DNA of 64,000 bases from Utricularia gibba (Eukaryota > Plantae > Magnoliophyta). Below are positions 12,101-23,960 of the stretch, one piece after another (the first letter of the stretch is position 1; the number at the start of each line of letters is the position of its first letter). Under the pieces are notes generated by a model. It was not told where the DNA came from, did not search any database, and saw only the letters and a list, made by a program, of their open reading frames with translations. Made by a program: the position numbers and the translations under genes. The stretch is from the NCBI GenBank assembly GCA_002189035.1, contig NEEC01000011.1:1550001-1614000 (forward strand). Direction: 5' to 3'.

Positions 12101-13761
12101 CTATTTACAAAATGAAGTTCCAATCAACCCTAAATTTGGATTTTGCGTATCATTTCCAAAACGGCTTAAAAATTAAATGATATTAAATAAAGAAAGGGAC
12201 ATGACATATTGATGCATCATGTTTCACAGTTGGCAAAAGGATTAATCAATGAAATGATGCCTGAATTCATTATTAGCAGACAAGTGTGGCCTGACAACTG
12301 CAATTAAGGTATCATATCCCTCGACCCAAATGCTTCATTATTTGCATTTTTTTTTTCTTGTTCGTAGTCGTTTGATATATGCTATGTTATAAATTATAAA
12401 AAAAATCATGAACCATTGGTGTGAGCAGTTCATGGTTCGAACGATTCATGTGCTCTTCACATTGTGATTGAATTGCTCGTTTTTTGAACGGTGTAATCGT
12501 GATCTAAGTATAATTTAATCATAATTGAATTGTGATTTATTTTTATATATTTTAAGACGGTTAAAATTTAGAACTTGCAATCCAAAATATTCAACTATGG
12601 TTTATTTTTTTGGTGATACAACATGAAAAAACCTTAATTACGTGGAAACCGATATAAGCACATGCAACATTTAAGGGTGTATTTAGTTAGGGAAGCTACA
12701 TATGCTAGTAAATGTTTTAATAAAGATATATAAATGGTATAGTAATATATGGATAAAATGAGATATATTTGATTGACTTATTGTGATAGAAAATATCTTT
12801 TCTTTGCAAAAAAAGATAATTATGTACCATTATTTTTGAATGTAAATAAAAAAATAGAGGGTAAACATATCAAATGAGAATTTAGAAATGTGAATTCACC
12901 TATATTGATATTTTGTAATATCAGATTTCTATCCCAATTGACAAATATGAGATTTTGATGTATACATTAACATATTATTTTAATACTACTTATCAAATAT
13001 AATTTATAATTTTAAAACTGATTCTATTTAAAATATGTTTTGTATTTTGATATGTGATTTAGATCATTGACAATAGAATCAATTTAAGATTATAAAACTA
13101 TTTTATAATACATTTACCAAATTATGCTATAAAATTCCATAAAATAAATCATATATTATAAAGTTATATATTAAATTATTATATAATTTAACGTTATGAT
13201 ATAAATATACTTTGAAAACAGATAAAAATGAAATAGTGTAATTTTTTAATTAATATATTGTTTAATCACTAAAATAGAAATTTATGAGGTTAATCACAAA
13301 CATAAGCATTCTAGAAAATTGTATTTACAAAATAAACCCATAATCTGAATCATAACCTCAAATTATACCTCACTCTTTATGTATACATTTCAATTTGAAA
13401 ACACTGCAGAAGGATGAGTATGTCTTTAAGTCTTTGAGTAGTTGGAAGGGAACCAAGTTGATTAAGCAATCTTCTAGTTTATGAGTAATTTATGAGCAAT
13501 GTTAAACCACACCAAGTCAGATGACACATGACAAACCCATAACGTCATCCCCATCTTCATTTCGCCTCGGAGTAGTTTTAAATATTTGTATATGAATCAA
13601 CCTGTCTTTTAATATAATTTGTTCCACATAAAAAAGGACCCCTGCCTCCCAATCCTTATTTTAAAATGATGCCACATATGCATTTAATTGGTGCATTATA
13701 ATATATATGAAACCCCGGCCCTTCATGCCTTTGTTGGGTTGCTCTGCCTTCTCTCTAGAAG

Positions 13762-14608
13762 ATGAGCTGCCATGGCTGCAAGGTGCTTCGCAAGGCTTGC
13801 TCTGAGAACTGCCTTCTCAAGGACTCTCTTCAATGGATTGAATCCCCGCAATCGCAGGCCAACGCCACCGTCTTTCTTGCTAAGTTCTACGGCCGCACCG
13901 GACTCATGAACCTTCTCGCCTGTGCCGCCGCCGATTCCCGCTCCCGTACGCTTCACTGGGCCTTCTTTCTGCACTTTGCAGTTGTACTTGAATATTCCCC
14001 TCCGCCTTTTATATAACTTTTTGCATTTTTCAAATCAGTTCAATCTGTGATTCAAACCCTAATTTCTACGTTCTAATAGAAGGGAATGGCGCTAGATTCA
14101 TTCTCTTTGAAATAAGTCATAGTGAATTAAACTTTTTTTATTTGAGTGAGCAGAAGTATGTCGTTCATTGCTATCTGAAGCCTGTGGAAGGGTAATCAAC
14201 CCGATCGGCGGATCGGTGGGGCTGTATGCCTCCGGCGAGTGGAAGCGCTGCGAGGATGCAGTACAGGCGGTTCTCGATGGTGGCCCGTTGCTAAAGAAGG
14301 TTTCGGAGAACGGCAACGCCGAGTGGCAGTTTCCGGTGTTACCTGACCAGGGATGCGATATCCGCCACGTACCTAAGGACTCCTCCTCGATGAACCGCAG
14401 CAAACAGCGACGGCGTGTGAAAAATGACTCCCCAAGAAGCAATGCTCGTTTACCATCATCAAATTACCCTGGACCGGGATATTTCACCATCGCCGGAACC
14501 CAATACACCGGTGAAGAATGCTTGCTCTCTAGCTGGACGTCAACGTCGGCAGTGGCTGCCCGGGATGGTGATTCCAATGGAGCTCATCTGAGCTTAGGGA
14601 AGCCATAA
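13762..14608 (+). CDS. LBD: Class II LOB-domain protein (LBD40/41/42-like), copy 1. Exons 13762-13945 and 14154-14608, 212 aa.
   Basis: [17 protein letters not shown] (CX2CX6CX3C), [23 protein letters not shown], phase-1 GT-AG intron at the family position, then [14 protein letters not shown]; C-terminal HLSLG. Confidence 0.93.
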
Positions 14609-16639
14609 TCATGGAACTACTTGTTCATTTTCCACTGTAGCTTCGCAAGTGGGACTGTTTTCCGTTTGTCTGTAACTTCACCGTTCAGTGAAATTCGTGT
14701 GGTTCAATAAACACTCCTGAAAAGGGTTGTCGGTTAATCATTTGGGAGAACATCCCAGTCCATAGTACCGGGGAGTACTCTTCATACACATGATATTTAG
14801 ACAACAGAGAGAATGTTGTTAGAAAAATCTCTGTGCGCGATTAGGGTATTCCAACTTCCAAGAATCTTGCAAATCCTTCCACACATTCAGTGCTTGTTTT
14901 TTTCACTCTTTCGTTAAATACAAATTAACCAATTTTTTATTCGGTACTCTAAATATATGTTATTCGTTTCTACATATTTAATGTAATTCGTACATCCTAT
15001 AATGCACAATAAGATTTGTAGAATAGCAGTACAACACTTGTCATTTTATTTCAACTTACGGTTCGCATCAAAATATAAGAAACTTATTCTTATATTTATA
15101 TAGGACACAAGTTAAATGAGTAGGTTACTCAATTTTCGGATCTATTTCTACTTGTATAAATTTCATATAAAAAAATAGCTTTTGAGAACACCCAAAATTT
15201 TATTTTCCATATAGTTACTTAACTTGTGTATTATATAGTAGAATAAATAATACTACATTAGGATTTATATATAAGAAATTGAAGATAATTAATAATCTGT
15301 TTGACATAATCTTTTTTATATATGATTTATACTTCTTGTGTACTTGGATTTTGTGTATAAAAAATTAAAAATAACTTGTAATCAGTTAGATCTAATTTTT
15401 TGTAAATGTGATTTACATTTATTTTGTACTTAGTTTTCACATTTGGTACTCCCGACACATTAAATCTTTAATTTCAACACTATAATAATTTTGAATGTTC
15501 GTTCTTAACCTGAAAATTGAGAATTATTCTTTTTTATATAATATACAATCATACTCAATTTAATTCTGCACAACATATTCTCACATCTAAAGACAAAAAA
15601 AAAGATGAGAATGGTTTTCAAGTCATCATTTTCATACTCTGCAAAATGAAACTTTTGTTATAACTTTCAAACTCTCATTTAATTTCCCTTCTCTACCTCA
15701 TTTATACTGAGATTATTGCAGTAGCCAACAGTATTTGGGTTTTGATGGTTTAGCCCTCCGACAGTCGTTTTGGCAGTTGGCACCAGAGACAAAACACAAC
15801 ATGGGAAATTTACGCATGTAGATTTAGACAGTTACATGCAACCCCATGTTCATTTCCGGAATTCCGCATCATTTGAGATCGGCTACTCGGGAAGCCCCAA
15901 GTACCACAGAGCAAGGGAAGGTTCTGGACATCAAGCGTACCGCGGCGGTACGTTCTCCATAGACAGTCATCTGGTTTCACTGAGGAGCTTCAGACATTTT
16001 CAGTAGAAGGAGCGCTGAAAATTTTCAACCATTCAGCAGCTACTTTTATGGACAGATGTGGACACCTCTTTGGAGAAGTCCTTCTCCACAGTCTGCAGAA
16101 GACAAAATTGTAGCTGAGGGATTTAAGACGCAATTGGGATCGCGACCAGACGAGCTAAATTAGGTCACGCTCAATTGTGTGGATCTAAGCAACATACCAG
16201 TTACTTATCCCACATTCAATTCTGGGTTTGTAACAATGATCCACGTGATTCCGTGTACTCGAGTTCGTCCAAGCACAGGTAAGGACGGAAGCACGGGAAA
16301 CCAAAGTGATTCAGATTAGAAATCTTGACATAAATCACTTGAAGAGTTGGGTTGGTCGACAGTTCTTAGATCGAATGCCATTCTTCTCTCGTGTTGCAAC
16401 TGTGTGTGAACCATCAATGGGCACAGTAAAAACACCCCACAAAATTGTTTTTATTCAATTACACACAGTTAGAAAAAGAAGAATAAATGATTAGAGCAAA
16501 TAATCTTACATAAAAATGAAATAGTCAAGTGTTGTAAATCAATAAGGAAGAATAGGAAAAAATCAAAACATTATACATGTATAATGTTATCTTGAACTAT
16601 TCTCAATAATCTACGATTTAAAAGTCTCTTCAAGAACTG

Positions 16640-16870
16640 TTATCCCAATTTAAAAAATCAATCGAATATATACATAAATTCTAAATCCCAATGATCTAGA
16701 GACAAAACTAAGCAAAATATAGGCTTAGTCCTCACACACACCAGAGGTTTTTGGACTGGGTTTACACCCCGCCCCTACGCATAGCCTAGAACTCTATGTA
16801 TGTGCAAGGCCGACATCAAAGTTAATGGATTGACATCCTAGATAAACTAATTGAAAACTATTTCAACAAA
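16640..16870. repeat. Diverged ~230-bp direct repeat, copy A (copy B at ~18110-18375)
   Basis: Shared blocks aaaaatcaatcgaatatatacataaat, aagcaaaat, catagcc and acatcaaagttaatgg..t.gaaaa in the same order in both copies. Confidence 0.6.
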
Positions 16871-18109
16871 CAATGTGGAATACTTATCTCTTATTCAATA
16901 TCAAGTATATAAGATATTATAGATTATTAGTAATTAATTTAAATTAATCTTTTCTAATATAATTTACATTTTTTATATAGTTAAACTTCCATGTGATCAT
17001 ACTACTCATCAAATCCTTGCATACAAGATAAAGTTTATGAAGATAAATGAGTGGTCGGTGGTGTGGAGGGAGTGTGGCCGGCATGGAGGTTTAGAATCTG
17101 TGGGCGGTCCCAAGAATGCTGCAGTGGGAGCGATGGAGGCCGGAAGGACTAGGACATTAAAGAACGCCACGTGGTGCATGTCAGATGCTAAATATTATAT
17201 TCTAATTGAGTATTGCTTGATAACAGCAAAATTAAATACCAAAACAAAGCAAAGGAGCTGGGATTGGTTCGCCAATCGCCCATCCCTGCAACAAGAGCAT
17301 GTGCCCTACACACTCTGAAATTAAACAACCAATGGTAAGTACATTTCCCCAGCCAAAATAATGAGTTTATCATAACATCAACAATATTTATTTATTTAAA
17401 ATCCACCCCACCCAAATTCCCATTGGGTTTTGCATTTAATTCACTGTGGATAAATCCATAAATACGAAAATAAAATAAATCAGTACAAGGAGATACGTTT
17501 CATGTAAGAAGTGTATCGCGTGCCTGCCCGAAATCCATGACATCAATACCTCACGAATTAAACGAAGCATGTTTGTTACCAATTTGCCTCTCCCAAGGAT
17601 ATAACGAAGCCGACATTGTCCAGATGTCACTAATGGTATGGGAATCGGAGGAGCCATCCCTGATTACGGGGATCTGGTTTGCTTCTTGAATTCGGCCGCG
17701 GTTGGCATCGGAGCATCGTGAGCTCGTTGGAGCGAAGTTCTAGAAAGGGGTTGTCCTTTGAACTTAGATACTATATAGTTGGAAGGTGATTGCCATGTTC
17801 TCATCTACTTTCTTTGATTTACCACAATAGAGTAACGTGAGCAAGAGTATTGGGTTAAGATCACTCCAAGTATCTTATGTTGTTTTGTTAGTGAAATCAA
17901 GTAATAGTCTATGAGAATGTTTGGTAGTATAGTATAGAAGACATATAACCAAGTTTACACTTAAATCATTATTTGATTAACCAATATGTTATTGTGAGTT
18001 GTAAATAAAATACGAAGAAGAAGAAAAGATCAAAAACTTCAAGTATGTAAAATTTTGTCTTAAAAAATTTCTCAATTTCTTAAGATTTAAGAGGTTTTTT
18101 AAGAATTAT

Positions 18110-18375
18110 TTTTTTGGTTTCAAAAATCAATCGAATATATACATAAATACTAAACTCTAGTGAGCTTGAAATAAAACGAAGCAAAATGTGGACTTGAACT
18201 ATACACACGCGAAATGCTTTTAAGGTGAGTTTGTACCCCCTGCACATAGCCTTTTTGGGTTTTGAAGCTCTATGAAAGCCCAAATTAGAGCTTATGTGCA
18301 TAAGATCCAATTCAATCTCAAGTACATCAAAGTTAATGGGTTGGCTTCCCATATAAATTAGTTGAAAATAATTAC
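18110..18375. repeat. Diverged direct repeat, copy B (copy A at ~16640-16870)
   Basis: Same collinear blocks as copy A, about 1.47 kb downstream. Confidence 0.6.
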
Positions 18376-20052
18376 AACTAGCAATGAGAGCGAGCAGTCC
18401 CCTTCTCCAATATTTTTATTCCAACATATGTGTATATCAATGTTATATAACTATATTATTCATATATTTATTTTGTTAAATATGTTAGTACTATACCCAA
18501 ATAGAAATGGGAAGTTGGTGAGATTAATTATATTTAAACTATTCATATATTTAAATTCTATTTACCGATATCAAACATTATATATATGCTAAAACAATCT
18601 CTAGGTGATATAGTTTTGAGTAAGATGTTGTTTATATACCTTTGGCGGTTGTTTGCCACTTCTATTTGAACTATTTGTAAGTTATTTGTTGCTAATTAAA
18701 AAATAATGAAGCAGGCCAGTATCAACTTGGGCCGAACGAATGTAGTATTCGGCCTTGGATGTATATCGCGTTGGGCCTAAAAATAATATGGGTCGGGTTA
18801 CCCTGACGTGGCTGCGGGCCACGCCGAAGCCTTATCAACTAGATACAAAACTGCCCCTTCGTTTCGGATAAGGCGAAGTGGGAAGGGAACAAGAGATAGT
18901 ACTGGCAGAAATTTACACCATGATTGTTTATAATGGAAATAAATATAGACAATGATTTTATATTTTAAAATACGAATAATTTCTCGTAAGTAAATTTTAC
19001 ATAGTGTTATGTTTGACTAGTGGACTCCAGTTATAAGGGATACTTTCTCGATTCGTTTTCGTGGCCTAATCCCTATACCAAAAGCCTCCACTTTAAAGAA
19101 CTAAAGTTGATTGATTCCTCAACCAGAACATCAATACGAGAAAACCAAAAAAGTGATTGACTTGTTGTCCCCCGGGGAAACTTGTGGCCACCAGTGTCCG
19201 AATGCACAAAAGCAGTGAACTATTCCACGTCTGATCCATAAAGAAGTATATTTAAGGTCAATCATGGGAGAAATGGTGTATATTGTGGTCATTCTTTTTG
19301 GTGAACCTTCTTCAAATTCATCCATTTGTGGGACTGCAAGAATGGTGAAGCTTTATAGAGAACCCATCTTGAAGGGTGTGAACCGTAGGGAAACAATATG
19401 GGTAGGGGTGTTGTTTAGATAGAACAAATTAACTTCGTCTTTCACAATATTATTTGATTTGCACATCCAATTTTTACAATTTTATATTTTTATTTTTCAA
19501 AGAAAATACATCATATAAGATTAAAGTGAATTTTCTATTAAAACATGTCTCTTCATCCCTACGTAACTAATGTGGAATACCATCACAATACTTTATTCCT
19601 ATCCTAACGTTGAATCCATTGGATAGTGGGATCTTACACCATACAACCTAGTCAAGTCCCAGATTTTATGGGGGATTGTTTATAAAATTACCCATCCTCC
19701 ATTTTTCTTATACATATTCAGTACAAAAAATTACATATAAAATAGATAATTTTTTCATACAGTTATCACAATTTATTTTTCAAAATCATCCGATTTTATG
19801 GCCAATGAGACTCAATCCGAGTCACACGGTAGATGCACTGTGTGTTACTGGTGAAGAAACACTTGAGATTAACTCCAAATTTGAGGGTGTTAATCAAGTT
19901 GCCAACTTGAATTTTGAGCCCTAATTGTTATTGTCTCTGAAAGGATTGGAGAGAAACTCTTCACATGTACACATACATGGGACAACTGAAAGTACCCCAA
20001 GCCGTGCAATGGAATCTGTCAGTCGGGCTGACATTTTCTTCTTGCGAAGAGG

Positions 20053-21244
20053 CTACACTACTTCTCGGGCCGCCGCAAACAGTGAACTCTTTACGAACCT
20101 CCCTTTTATCCTCGGCCGATTCTGCGCGTTCAGCTTTCGAACTTCGTATCTGTTGTAAGGAAAAGAACTGTAACTTCATCTTGAAAGGTTCTGTAACTTC
20201 TTTCCAAGGTTACCTTATCGTTTTGCTGAACAGCCTCGTTTGCCGCTTTTCTCTGTATCGTGAAACCCTCGCTTCTCTGCTGCCATCCGCCGGAGAAGCA
20301 AGTTCTCCGACGTTATCCATGCTGTTTCTCTCGTTTGCTCCCTGTGAACTTTGATGTTTCACATTATTCGGATTAAAGCAAGTGAACAACGCGAATGTAC
20401 TTTGTTTTTATGACCCGAAGAAGCAATTCGACTTAACTGGCACAGAATTCGTACACGTGAAACTAAAATTTGCATTATCTAACTTGTTGTTTCTACTGCT
20501 TAGTATTTGCTGTATCTTAAGTTGAATTATAGTTTCATTACAGGAGCAATAATGAGCCTGGATATCTGAAATATCAAAGGATGATGAGTTCAGAATGCAT
20601 ACCAAGAAGTCGGAGACGGTGCTAGGCTCCGGTCGTTCTCCGGTGATCCACGGCGACTTCTTGCCGTTCCAGGCTAAGATCACACCGGCGTGATCAAGTT
20701 TCAAGAAGGATTTGTAACCCGAAATTCTCTCTTCTTCAACCTTCATTTTTTCGCATGTTTTGAGTTCATCTCCATTCTTCACATCAAGAAAACCAAATCC
20801 TTCTGAACCCTCGAGCAACCTTTGCAAATCAGCTGCGAACTCAGAAGCATCCACTTCACATCGGAGTAGCTCTTCAAAGTTCATATCTTTGCCGAACATC
20901 GCAAGGATAGGATCGAATTCAGGAACCCTGTAAAGAATCTGCTCTTCGTTCTCCTCCTTCGCGAGCTCAAATTCCGGCACTAGATCGACAGTTTTCCCAT
21001 TCCCCCGATTCTTCGCTTGACGCGGGGTTCGAGTTTTTCGCTTGAAACCATGCTGCCATGAAGGCACCGGGGGGTCCACTCCGGCGGTCTTCAGGCGAAT
21101 TCGGTTGTGCCGGCGGGCCACCGGGTTCGCAGAATGAACAGAAGAATCACAGATTTTGCACAAGAAGGCAGCATCTGCTTCGCAATACCAAGAAGCTTTA
21201 TACTCCATGCAGTTATCACAAGCCCGTGAAACAGCATTCTCCAT
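20053..21244 (-). CDS. COL16: CONSTANS-like group III B-box/CCT protein (COL6/COL16-like). Exons 21244-20603, 20341-20214, 20149-20053, 288 aa.
   Basis: Single B-box CDNC..YC.AD.AFLC..CD.SVHSANP.ARRH.R, PSWQHGFKRKTRTPR, LYRVPEFDP, LKLDHAGVILAW....SPWITGERP. The CCT domain REARVSRYREKRQTRLFSKTIR|YEVRKLNAQNRPRIKGRFVK is restored only by splicing 20213-20150. Exon phases are consistent. The symbol marks the subgroup, not a proven orthologue. Confidence 0.92.
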
Positions 21245-21679
21245 TCTTAACAAGATCGCTGCAGACGCGTGGAAACTGTAGTTTCAATTTGGATGAAAAG
21301 GAAGGAATATAGAAGCTCAGAACATTATTATTGTCCGGTACTCGAACTTTGCTTATTTACAACTCGGTCCCTGAACTTGTATTTAATAATTTTTAAGTTT
21401 TTTTTTTACCGCTGATGCTTTCAATTTCTTTTCCATATTAATATAAAATTAATCAATATGTAGGATGTTACAAATTGATTTTTATAGTAAATAATGTATT
21501 CATTCATAATTACTAATAATTATACCTTATAAATTTAAAATTATGTATTATTATTAATTTATATATTAGTAATATAATATAATTTATAAAATATATTTGT
21601 ATTAATATCATATTTTTAAAAAATGGTGTAACTGTAATTAATATTGATAAAAGATAGGTAGATATATATTTAAAATTAT

Positions 21680-21990
21680 TATTCCACGTCACAGGAGAGG
21701 ATAATGCATATAAAGGAATGCGACTTCCCTCCAAAACACATGTTCGTTGCGTCCGGTACTGACAGCGACGTTTGGCTTCACTGATTCTCGGAGAGACACG
21801 GCGCGCGTTTGTTTGTTTGTTTTCATTCTTGAGCTCCCGTGTCCTTTCCTCGGGACACGATAGGGCGGTTAATGCCACCGTGCCGCTTTTTCATTGGCTG
21901 GAATCCACAACTCTATCCGGATGAGCATCGCTTCGCTTCCTCCTCCTTTGTGGCCCCCACCCCCCACTGGAATGGCGAGAGGACCGGCGT
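21680..21990. promoter_or_regulatory. GC-rich proximal regulatory island upstream of the COL gene
   Basis: GC-rich block in AT-rich flanks with CCACGTCA (ACGT element, ~21683), GGATAA, ATTGG (CCAAT box) and GTGGCCCCC (TCP-like). Motif presence only; no functional data. Confidence 0.4.
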
Positions 21991-23345
21991 TTGGGATGAA
22001 GAATTATTATTCCCAATAATATTATTTTTAATTTTTAATAATATTTATTCGATTTTTAGAAAAAGATAACCATTTTTTCTTACTAAAGACATTTATCATG
22101 TTAAATTCTGTAATGGATCCTGAAGACGCACAAGCGAATGGGGTGAGCGTGTGAACTGGGCCCCAGCCACGGGAACTCGTACCGTGAATGGAAACCATAC
22201 ACGAATTGGGGCGAAAGTGTCACTAAGCTTTCAAATTATGCAAACCATCTCCTTGCAGAACATTCAGACCGTGTTTAGGTTTTAAGCACACTGTAATAAT
22301 ACAACACGTGTTTGATAGACATATTTTAATATTTTTCAAAAAATTCAAATAAACAATGGAGTTGAAAAGTATTTTTATATAGAAAATTAATAATTAAAAT
22401 TATGATATCCTAATATAAATAAAAAAAATATACTTTTATATTATACACTAAGGTATAAAACATATCCATGAAATAAAATACAATAAAAATATTAATAGTC
22501 GCCATAGTAGGTCATAAACTCTAAAATTGAATCTGTACATGTTTTTGAGGAGGATAAGTCTTTGAATTGAATTGATCCTGAGGTCAAAATTGAAGATTTA
22601 TGTATAAATAAAAATAAAATTTATAATTGGTTTTTATTATTAATTATTATAAAACTACGGATTCTCTTAAAAATATTATCATTTTAAATATAAATTTAAA
22701 ATATCTACATACCAAATATAATTTTAATCATATGATAATAAGTATTTCTCAAAATACATTATTAATTAAACTACAAATAAGAGAATCATATGCATCGCTC
22801 GTTTGGGCTTTGTATATCTCTCCGTCTTGGGCTCGTGGTCCGGGCAAAAGGTCCGAATCACTCCAATGGATATCCATCAGTCGGTCGGGTTCGGACTCGG
22901 GTGGAATTCAAATTATTTCACGGAGGATACGTACAAGTAAAGAACCCCTTGCGATTTGTAGAGGACCCGTGGCTCCTTGGGTAACAACTTACGGGTTGCG
23001 TCTAAAACCGCCTTCCTAAAATTCAATGATTTTCACATTGAATATTTCTAATTGAAAGTATTACAATTTTAGTATTTCTAGTAACTTTATTTGATAAAAA
23101 TTCAATTGTAAAATACCCATCTTAGATATATTTTCTTTTTTTTATTAATATTTTCCTGGAGAAGGGTGTTTCAACGAGTGTAATAAATGGAGAATTGAAT
23201 TGGAAGAAGCTTTTGAACATCGATCTGTACAAGGAAAGTGTTACCAGTCGCCTTAAAATTAGCGTATGTACAGACAGGGCATGAGAAAGAAGATGAGACA
23301 ACAACAATCAGACGTCACAAATTCTTTACCTTCGTCGGAATTTGT

Positions 23346-23960
23346 TTACGCGAGGCCGCGAGACATCGCCTCATACTCAGCCGCTGCGCAGATGCTCAGA
23401 TTATCCAGGCGGCTGAAATCTACCCAGCCAAACCCGAATCCGCGGTCTCGCTCGGCCGGGGGTTGCCCGGAGCCGGAATCGTTCGACGAATCCCACGATT
23501 CCGCTTCGAAAACCGACTCGGGTGACTTGTGATTTGGTATAGGAAGGAAACTGGAATCTGGGCTTAGCTTGTTCTTCAGTTTCTCCTCAATTTCACGCTT
23601 CTTCGCCGCGTAGGCCTCCGCCGCCTCCTCGGCGGTGGCGTAGGTTCCAAGCCAAATGCGCTTCCCCTTACGGCCGGGGTCCCTGATCTCCGCCGCGAAT
23701 TTCCCCCATTTCCTCCTCCGTACGCCGACGAAATTGCGATTCTCTTTCGGCAACCGGAAACCCACAAATTGACCGGAAACGGAACCCAATTCCCTTGGGT
23801 CTTTCACCGGCTTCAGGAGGAGAATCTCGTGGATTTTTCTCTTTGAGTTCTTCTGGGGTTCCTCGAATTCGTCGGAAGAAGAATCGGTGGCGTCGGGATC
23901 GGAATACGAAACTCTGATTCTCGAGACGCAGGCTTTCTTCCTCAGCTTCAGATCTCCCAT
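23346..23960 (-). CDS. CRF: Cytokinin response factor-type AP2/ERF (CRF10/11/12-like), intronless, 204 aa
   Basis: CRF domain [27 protein letters not shown]2 domain [19 protein letters not shown]...[17 protein letters not shown] with the KKRE-type shortened helix end, and SPESVFE motif. ATG at 23960; TATA-like sequence at ~24028-24033. Confidence 0.92.
   Translation of the reverse strand: MGDLKLRKKACVSRIRVSYSDPDATDSSSDEFEEPQKNSKRKIHEILLLKPVKDPRELGSVSGQFVGFRLPKENRNFVGVRRRKWGKFAAEIRDPGRKGKRIWLGTYATAEEAAEAYAAKKREIEEKLKNKLSPDSSFLPIPNHKSPESVFEAESWDSSNDSGSGQPPAERDRGFGFGWVDFSRLDNLSICAAAEYEAMSRGLA

Noticed and set aside
13705-13722. AAACCCCGGCC near the LBD copy 1 start, resembling the hypoxia-responsive promoter element
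   Set aside because: Two mismatches to the HRPE consensus as I recall it, downstream of the TATA-like sequence, and absent from copies 2 and 3.
20408-20602. C-terminal 65 aa of the 281-aa track ORF (VCILNSS...)
   Set aside because: Read-through into intron 1 of the COL gene; a donor at 20602 and the downstream CCT exons give the real protein.
23238-23767. Overlapping alternative-frame and antisense ORFs over CRF (and similar ones over IPT, LBD, COL and RAV)
   Set aside because: Expected by-products of GC-rich coding sequence; no independent motifs.
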